Shown here piece by piece: positions 1-8,124 of a DNA stretch of 17,786 nt (positions are counted from its first letter, which is position 1; each line of letters opens with the position of its first letter). Both the position numbers and the translations under genes were made by a program. A model generated the notes under the pieces. The model did no database searches and was not told the DNA's origin. It saw nothing but the letters and a program-made list of their open reading frames with translations. This stretch comes from Macrostomum lignano (Eukaryota), in contig NIVC01003774.1 of assembly GCA_002269645.1 (NCBI GenBank), forward strand, positions 59,665-77,450. Reading direction: 5' to 3'.

Positions 1-266
1 CTATACAATTGTAATTTCTTATATAATGCTTAGAGTTGCTTCAAAATTTCAATTTTGATTTTCCAAAATTTGGAATTTTTAAGAGTGAATTTTAATTTTG
101 AAAATATTCAAAAGTCAAAATTTTGGAATTGTGTAAAAGAGGTGGCTAAAAATAAAGAAAATTGTGCTATATATACATGTATTTTGTTTGGCATAAGCAA
201 TAAATCAAGAGTAAAAAAGTGAGTTTTGGTCATACTAAACTTTGATTTTTTTTGAATTTTGATTTA

Positions 267-315
267 GGAAAATTTCAATTACAATTTTGGAAAATTTCAA
301 TTACAATTTTGGAAA
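267..315. repeat. 22-bp direct tandem duplication (GGAAAATTTCAATTACAATTTT x ~2.2)
   Basis: Identical 22-mers at 267-288 and 289-310, plus partial GGAAA at 311-315. Confidence 0.85.
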
Positions 316-561
316 GTTAGTGAATTTAGATTTTGATAATAGAATGATTTCTAATCTAATAATCCTAAAGTGTAGTAAAATAACTTGACTTTTTTCTAAA
401 GTGCGCATCCACAAGTTTTCAACATTTATTCCAAAAGAGGATAGTATGTAGTACATTTTCCATTAAGTAGCACTTGGGACATAGGATTAGAGAACTGCAC
501 TTGGTATCATAAGCTATACTCAAGAAGGTGTTAGTCATAGAAAATAAGAAAATGTTTTGGT

Positions 562-995
562 TAGGGATTGCAATCCTGATAATAACTAATAATATTTGTT
601 AAATTTTTGTTATTATTTTTACAAAAGTGTTATAATATGAACATAATTATGCCCACAACAAGTTTATTATACTATGCTAATTTCCGTTAATTGCCTTGCA
701 TTGCGTGGTGCCTTTTTAAACCTTGCATTACAGATTTAAATGTAAAATTTATTCCTATGTAAATTTTGATATATAAATTAGCTTCTTTACTGCTAACTAG
801 TACTTTTATGCTACTTACCTAATTGCGTCACAAGATCACAAGTTCATCTACAAAAAGATCATTGTCTCTATAACAATTAAAAATAAAGGCAAAAAAGGTT
901 TTGCGCATATTTTGCCTAAAAATTTTAACCCAGAAGCTTAAAAATCTATATTTTCTAATCCCGGGATCACAAAAAATGGGAATTTGCAATCCCTA
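562..995. mobile_element. Non-autonomous hAT-like DNA transposon (MITE), 434 bp
   Basis: Perfect 12-bp terminal inverted repeats TAGGGATTGCAA (562-573) and TTGCAATCCCTA (984-995). The flanking 8-mers GTTTTGGT (554-561) and GTTTCAGT (996-1003) match 6/8, both mismatches being transitions. Subterminal AATCCCGGGAT near 957-967. No internal ORF. TAGGGAT ends and 8-bp TSDs are typical of hAT (Ac/Ds) elements. Confidence 0.65.
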
Positions 996-2059
996 GTTTC
1001 AGTATATTTTAATCTAGAATATTGATGCACTTAGCTAATTGGAATCGGAGTGATACCTGCAGTTTAGGCTATTGGTTTAATCTTACTTAAGTAGAACTTA
1101 GTAGATCTGAATTGATAGTTGCTGCCACCAGGCTTCCTGATTTCCCTAATCCTAGCAGTTAGTGATCAAAGGAGCAACACAGGAAAGCCAATCTTAACAA
1201 ATTTATTACTCCAGAACAAAAGAAAATTATTATGCATGCAATGGTTGGTGCAAATATTTAGTGGGCAATTACTACCCATTGTGCCCTATTAGTTGGCAAT
1301 GACTACCTTCTAATAGTTTTAATTCCTTAAAACTTCTTTGCCTCTTATCTTCTTATTCTTGGTCTTGTTTGAAAGTTAAGACTAACTTCTAGATGCCAGG
1401 ACACTTTTCCCTGGGCCTCAACTGCTCGATACTTATAGAGAATCCCAAAATTAGCAATTTACCCCTGCTCTAATTATTTCCCCTAGCTAAAACTACTAAT
1501 AGTAGTATAAAAGCATATTTGAATTCACCCACTAAATTAATGCCCTATTACATAATTATAAATTTGCAGGCCTATACTAAGTAAACCGGCATTTCTTATT
1601 ATTGGCAAATATATAATTGCATTATAGCTAGAATATTATAATGTTAGCTCTATTGGCAACTTTAGCAAGTATAAAAATAGATTATTAAAATAAAAAAATT
1701 AAATTTGTTTTAAAATAAAAAAAGCAAAAACTAGGCCTTACTTTTGTTTAAAGCCTTTATATACTACAATAAATATAAGAATAAAAAAGATAATATTAAA
1801 AAAACTTCTGCTTTTTTATAAATAAAATCCTAATTTATTCAGCAATAAAATAAAAATTCTTTTTAAATAAAAGTTAAATAATATTGAACAAATGTTAATT
1901 TGTTCTTTTTGTATAGTATGAGTCAGCAAAAATATTGTGCATGTTTAATTAGTTTTAATTAGATATAATGGATATGTTTCCTAATATTTACTATCAAGGA
2001 TTTGAACATTTTGAATTTTGTTTAAAATGATTATATTTCCTATTTATTAGCTTAATATA

Positions 2060-2165
2060 ATGTAGCTTAATATATATATATATATAATAAATATAATAAA
2101 TAAATATAAATATAATAAATAATAAATAAAAATATAATAATATACAAGCATATATATAAATATAG
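2060..2165. repeat. (TA)n microsatellite and A/T-only low-complexity tract
   Basis: TATATATATATATATA followed by AATAAATATAAT-type runs just upstream of ATP6V0B exon 1. Confidence 0.8.
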
Positions 2166-2240
2166 TGTTGAGAGTTTAGTTTTCGAATTTATTAAGTATT
2201 TTATTTAAATAATACTTTGCATGCCAAGAAAAGCACAACC

Positions 2241-2341
2241 ATGGGTGTCCATCCAGCGGTGCTATACTCCCCAGCTGGCATTCTTGTTGGTGCCTTCATT
2301 GTGTCTGGCCTGTACTATATGCTAACTGGGCAGGGTTACAG
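2241..2341 (+). CDS. ATP6V0B: ATP6V0B exon 1 (33 codons + AG; not in the ORF track)
   Basis: ATG at 2241 in CAACCATGG. Hydrophobic N-terminal helix. Donor AG|GTAAGT at 2342, phase 2; joins CCCAG|A at 3051 to give G-Y-R-Y-D (human G-F-R-F-D). Confidence 0.9.
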
Positions 2342-4615
2342 GTAAGTTAAAACTATTCAAATATATGAGAAATTTGCCTTAACTTTTTAAGCAGCTTTGG
2401 TGACACTAAAGATGCCAGAATAACTTTTGGGTCTTATGTTGCAATTTGTTTCATAGAAAATTGTTGAAATTACTGTAAAATAGTGTTGCAATTATAATAG
2501 AGTATTGTTGCAATTACAGTACAATGTTGTTGCGATCACAGTAGAATATTTTTGCAATTACAGTAGAATATTGTTGCAATTATAGTAGAATATTGTTACA
2601 GTTACAATAGGATGTTGTTGCGATTACAGTAGAATATTGTTACAGTTACAATAGAATGTTGTTGCAATTACAGTAGAATATTGTTGCAATTACAATACAA
2701 AGTTGTTGCGATCACAGTAGAATATTGTTCAATTACAGTAGAATGTTGTTGCAATTACAGTAGAATATTGTTGCAATTACTGTAGAATATTGTTGCAACA
2801 GTAGAATATTGTTCAATTACAGTAGAATATTGTTGCAATTACTGTAGAATATTGTTGCAACAGTAGAATATTGTTCAATTACAGTAGAATATTGTTGCAA
2901 CAGTAGAATATTGTTCAATTACAGTAGAATATTGTTGCAATTACAGTCAGAGTTAGTTTAATAAGATCCACACAGATAGAAAAGTACTTTTGTTATTATG
3001 TTCTTTTTCCGCAATTTGTTCTTATCGCCCACGCCCAATCTGCCACCCAGATACGACATTGGCGCAGTTCTGGAGGGTTTCTCGCCGTATCTATGGGCCA
3101 ACCTGGGCGTCGGTCTGGGCATCTCCCTGTCGGTGCTGGGAGCCGCCATCGGCATCTACACTACCGGCGCTAGCATTCTCGGCGGCGGAGTGAAAGCGCC
3201 TAGAATTCGCACTAAGAATCTAATTAGCATCATCTTCTGCGAGGCTGTGGCCATCTATGGCATTATTATGGCTATTGTCATCTCTACCTCTGTTGTGCAC
3301 TTCGATGAGGCCACAGCTTCTGAGAAGGTGAGGAAAAACTGCACTGAAACGCATCAAATGGTTTAATCCGGCTGTTTCCAGGGCCAGAGCCCAATCAATT
3401 GGCTGCTTTTTGATTATATTCTTTTAGTATAACATAAACATCGTTTTGTGTGCCCAAAATTTCATAAGCTTTTACATTGTCCAGGAATTCAAGTTTTCAC
3501 TCGTTTTCACTTTCGTAGGCGTTTGTCACCGACAGTTAATTGTTACTGGCAGTCAATTGTCACTGACAGTCAATTGTCACTGTCAGTCAATTGTCACTAT
3601 AACTCAATTGTCAGTGTCAGTCAATTGTCAGTCACTCAATTGTCACTGTCAGTCAATTGTCAGTCACTCAATTGTCACTGTCAGTCAATTGTCACTGTCA
3701 GTCAATTGTCACTGTCAGTCAATTGTCACTATCACTCAATTGTCACTGTCACTCAATTGTCACTATCACTCAATTGTCACTATCACTCAATTGTCACTAT
3801 CACTCAATTGTCACTGTCAGTCAATTGTCAGTCACTCAATTGTCACTGTCAGTCAATTGTCACTGTCAGTCAATTGTCACTGTCAGTCAATTGTCACTGT
3901 CAGTCAATTGTCACTGTCAGTCAATTGTCACTGTCAGTCAATTGTCACTATCACTCAATTGTCACTATCACTCAATTGTCACTATCACTCAATTGTCACT
4001 GTCAGTCAATTGTCAGTCACTCAATTGTCACTGTCAGTCAATTGTCACTGTCAGTCAATTGTCACTGTCAGTCAATTGTCACTGTCAGTCAATTGTCACT
4101 GACAGTCAATTGTCACTGTCAGTCAATTGTCACTGTCAGTCAATTGTCACTGTCAGTCAATTGTCAGTCACTCAATTGTCACTGTCAGTCAATTGTCACT
4201 GTCAGTCAATTGTCACTGACAGTCAATTGTCACTGTCACTCAATTGTCACTGTCACTCAATTGTCACTGGCAGTCAATCAAGTGGCAGTTTGCCACTAGC
4301 AAAAGCTCAATAGCCGATTGAGTTTATAAAGCACACCGAAACCCCTCGACCCGCCGCCGCCAGGTGCTCCGAGCCAATTACAAAGCCGGCTATTCCTTTT
4401 TCGCCGCTGGCCTCACGGTCGGATTTTGTAATTTGTTCTGCGGTGTCTGCGTCGGCGTTGTCGGCTCCGGCGCCGCCCTGGCCGACGCTCAGAACGGCAC
4501 TCTGTTTGTTAAAATCCTTATTGTTGAAATATTTGCCTCAGCGATCGGCCTGTTTGGCGTCATCGTGGCCATCCTGCAGACTGCCAACGTGCGCATGGGC
4601 GACAAAGCAGACTAA
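2241..4615 (+). CDS. ATP6V0B: V-type proton ATPase 21 kDa proteolipid subunit c'' (ATP6V0B/VMA16), 3 exons: join(2241..2341,3051..3327,4364..4615), 630 nt, 209 aa
   Basis: Hand-spliced protein [110 protein letters not shown]...[77 protein letters not shown] matches recalled ATP6V0B motifs ([29 protein letters not shown]). Both introns are GT-AG and phase-compatible. Confidence 0.96.
2460..2946. repeat. Minisatellite, ~22-bp unit GCAATTACAGTAGAATATTGTT, in ATP6V0B intron 1
   Basis: About 22 copies. Degenerate at the 5' end; short variants (GCAACAGTAG, GTTCAATT) toward the 3' end. Confidence 0.92.
3051..3327 (+). CDS. ATP6V0B: ATP6V0B exon 2
   Basis: Acceptor CTGCCACCCAG| at 3050; donor AAG|GTGAGG at 3328 (phase 0); encodes the helix with the conserved Glu (IIFCEAV). 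Confidence 0.95.
3525..4278. repeat. Minisatellite, 17-bp unit CAATTGTCACTGTCAGT (with TATCACT and 13-bp variants), in ATP6V0B intron 2
   Basis: About 45 copies; source of the spurious [17 protein letters not shown] ORFs. Confidence 0.95.
4364..4615 (+). CDS. ATP6V0B: ATP6V0B exon 3 (terminal)
   Basis: Acceptor CCGCCGCCGCCAG| at 4363; ends ...MGDKAD TAA. Confidence 0.95.
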   Translation: MLRANYKAGYSFFAAGLTVGFCNLFCGVCVGVVGSGAALADAQNGTLFVKILIVEIFASAIGLFGVIVAILQTANVRMGDKAD

Positions 4616-4924
4616 TTTGATTAGGGTTAGGGGTTTGCAAATAACCTAATATTTTCAAGTATTCAGTCTTTGTTCGTACCTATTTATTATTATATCTTTT
4701 ATTAACTTCCTTTCACCATTATTAATATTATTTAAGATTTTTTATTTGGTAATGCAGAGGTCAAAAACTTTACCCGGCTATTGGCTTTTTTTTGCTAACC
4801 ATCTTTGTGTTTTGGTAGTTCGGTAATGTTTTTGTAGTTTATTTGGATTGGTTCAGTTTATATAGCATAATAGATTGTAGCTGTATAGTGCGATGCGGAG
4901 CTGTAATGTCCATAGATAAAAGCT

Positions 4925-6282
4925 CCACAGGCTATTGACCTTAGACAACAGATCCATAGGCTATTGACCTTAGACAACAGATCCATAGGCTATTGACCAT
5001 AGACAACAGATCTATAGGCTATTGACCTTAGACAACAGATCTATAGGCTATTGACCTTAGACAACAGATCCATAGGCTATTGACCTTAGACAACAGATCC
5101 ATAGGCTATTGACCTTAGACAACAGATCCATAGGCTACTGACCATAGACAACAGATCCATAGGCTATTGACCATAGACAACAGATCCATAGGCTATTGAC
5201 CATAGACAACAGATCCATAGGCTATTGACCATAGACAACAGATCCATAGGCTATTGACCATAGACAACAGATCCATAGGCTATTGACCATAGACAACAGA
5301 TCCATAGGCTATTGACCATAGACAACAGATCCATAGGCTATTGACCATAGACAACAGATCCATAGGCTATTGACCATAGACAACAGATCCATAGGCTATT
5401 GACCATAGACAACAGATCCATAGGCTATTGACCATAGACAACAGATCCATAGGCTACTGACCATAGACAACAGGTCCATAGGCTATCGACAATAGACAAC
5501 AGATCCATAGGCTATTGACCTTAGACAACAGATCCATAGGCTATTGACCTTAGACAACAGATCCATAGGCTATTGACCATAGACAACAGATCCATAGGCT
5601 ATTGACCATAGACAACAGATCCATAGGCTACTGACCATAGACAACAGATCCATAGGCTATTGACCATAGACAACAGATCCATAGGCTATTGACCTTAGAC
5701 AACAGATCCATAGGCTACTGACCATAGACAACAGATCCATAGGCTATTGACCATAGACAACAGATCCATAGGCTATTGACCATAGACAACAGATCCATAG
5801 GCTATTGACCATAGACAACAGATCCATAGGCTACTGACCATAGACAACAGATCTATAGGCTATTGACCTTAGACAACAGATCCATAGGCTATTGACCATA
5901 GACAACAGATCCATAGGCTATTGACCTTAGACAACAGATCTATAGGCTATTGACCTTAGACAACAGATCTATAGGCTATTGACCTTAGACAACAGATCTA
6001 TAGGCTATTGACCTTAGACAACAGATCTATAGGCTATTGACCTTAGACAACAGATCCATAGGCTATTGACCTTAGACAACAGATCCATAGGCTATTGACC
6101 ATAGACAACAGATCCATAGGCTATTGACCTTAGACAACAGATCCATAGGCTATTGACCATAGACAACAGATCCATAGGCTATTGACCTTAGACAACAGAT
6201 CCATAGGCTATTGACCATAGACAACAGATCCATAGGCTACTGACCATAGACAACAGATCCATAGGCTATTGACCTTAGACAA
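4925..6282. repeat. Minisatellite, 29-bp unit GACAACAGATCCATAGGCTATTGACC(A/T)TA, between ATP6V0B and BBS1
   Basis: About 47 head-to-tail copies with no spacers; variants CATA/CTTA, CCATA/CTATA, TATT/TACT. Confidence 0.97.
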
Positions 6283-7007
6283 AGAACTGACTCACAAGCC
6301 CAGTTAAATTATTTTGTCTATGGCCAAAAGCCAAACAACTTGTTCCATCCTAGCTAGCGGCAGATGAACTGTTTTTATATTCTGAATTTAAATTTTGTAC
6401 ATTATGAATTAGCACTTGATTCTGCAGCAGTGTTATTGTTGAATTAATTATAGTGCTTAATATTGTCACATAAGCATATTGATTATGTTGCACTATTATA
6501 TAATCGATTTACACAATTCATATTCTATGGATACTACTTTTGTTTTACTTTAATTTAGTTAGTTTAAGCTTTTATCCTCATTAAAATAATGTTGCAGACT
6601 TTTCCAGTACAATTATGGTGATCTGTTTCCTCAATCATCAATCATGCATAATTATAATTATTATTCCGACCTTAGATGTGCTGCACACAATTTCCCGTTG
6701 TGTTCTGTGTCTTGTTCTAATCCTATTATCATACTACTGATAGTAATCGTTTCCTTGTTCATTACAACCACCTTATTATATAGAGAGTATTTTCGCGTAT
6801 TAATCAAATCTTGTTCCTGTTGAAGAAAATAAAAAGTTTGCTTATAATTTTGCTGAAATTCCGTGTTTCTGATTGTTTGCTGACAAATTTGTCTTGGATT
6901 CCTGCATTAAATTTGCTTTTTTGTGTAGTACCTATTAGGGCCCAGCATTTTTCAGTGTAAAGTGATTGATAAATTATGAATCAAACAACTCTCAGTTTAG
7001 CAATAAA

Positions 7008-7620
7008 ATTTCATGTTTCATCAATCAAATCTCATATTTAATCGACCGAGTCTCATGTTTTATCAATGGGATCTCATGTTTCATCAATCGAATCTCATTT
7101 TTCATCAATTGAATCTCATGTTTCATCAATCGAATCTCATATTTCATCAATCGAATCTCATATTTCATCAATCGAATCTCATATTTCATCAATCGAATCT
7201 CATACTTCATTAATCAAGGCTCATAATTCATCAATCAAACCTCATTTTTCATCAATCGAATCTCATGTTTCATCAATTGAATCTCATGTTTCATCAATCA
7301 AATCTCATATTTCATCAATCGAATCTCATGTTTCATCAATCGAATCTCATGTTTCATCAATCAAATCTCATGTTTCATCAATCAAATCTCATGTTTCATC
7401 AATCGAATCTCATATTTCATCAATCAAATCTCATATTTCATCAATTGAATCTCATGTTTCATCAATCAAACCTCATTTTTCATCAATCGAATCTCATGTT
7501 TCATCAATCGAATCTCATGTTTCATCAATCGAATCTCATATTTCATCATTCTAATCTCATGTTTTATCGATCAAAGCTCATATTTCATCAATTAAATCTC
7601 GATTCATCGAGAAAATCCCA
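7008..7620. repeat. Minisatellite, 21-bp unit TTTCATCAATCGAATCTCAT(G/A/T), directly upstream of BBS1
   Basis: About 28 copies. The 21-bp period yields the SSIESHV and FHQSNLM heptad ORFs. Confidence 0.95.
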
Positions 7621-7711
7621 TATCTCTTCAATATGTCTATTGTACTCAGAAATATAAAATCCAATAAAAAATCAATCTTCAGCTACAATCCTAAGCAACA
7701 AACAGCCAGAA

Positions 7712-8124
7712 ATGTCCGAAGTCAATCAAGCTGGCAGCGCAGACGCACCGACCACAGGAGACGGAGCCGAAGTCTCTGGCGAGGCCTCCCAGCAGCAGCC
7801 GCAGCAGCAGAGCAGCGACAAATGGCTTGTGGCATTGAAGGATCCCACGCCTGGTCTGAACACCCTCAGCCAGTGCATGGTGCTCACTGACGTCACCGGA
7901 GATGGCGAGAATCGCCTAGTTGTAGCCGACCTCGGCGACACTCGCACCAACATGCGACTGCGGGTTTACAAAGGCACCGCGCTGGCTATGGAGAACACCA
8001 TTATTGACCTGCCTGTTGGCGTGGCCGCCTTCTATCTGGATACTAATACTCCCAGATCCCCGGCTGTTGCAGTGGCTTCCGGGCCTAGCGTTTTCATCTA
8101 TAAGAACATGCGGCCGTACTTCCG
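7712..8124 (+). CDS. BBS1: BBS1 exon 1
   Basis: ATG at 7712; donor TTC CG|GTGAGG at 8125 (phase 2). Confidence 0.92.

Noticed and set aside
1-330. Recurrent AATTTTG/GAAAATT words as a transposon subterminal region
   Set aside because: No terminal inverted repeat or TSD identifiable within the window; may be plain AT-rich low complexity.
1100-1460. Slightly higher-GC island as a decayed coding or transposon fragment
   Set aside because: Frames I translated gave short ORFs with no motif I recognise; a BLASTX would be needed.
3446-4313. Long ORFs of 218-283 aa ([17 protein letters not shown] repeats) as proteins
   Set aside because: They lie inside ATP6V0B intron 2 and are stop-free only because the 17-bp unit lacks stops; two use GTG starts.
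4621-4633. TTAGGGTTAGGGG just after the ATP6V0B stop as an interstitial telomere or healing site
   Set aside because: Only two copies; compatible with chance.
4925-6282. 29-bp repeats as a CRISPR array
   Set aside because: Units are head-to-tail with no unique spacers, the context is eukaryotic, and there are no cas genes. The same applies to the 23-bp array at 11312-13276.
7013-7657. SSIESHV / FHQSNLM / MKYEIRL heptad ORFs as a coiled-coil or antifreeze-like protein
   Set aside because: Variation is not confined to synonymous positions, several frames and both strands are open, and there is no unique domain. Simple product of a 21-bp period.
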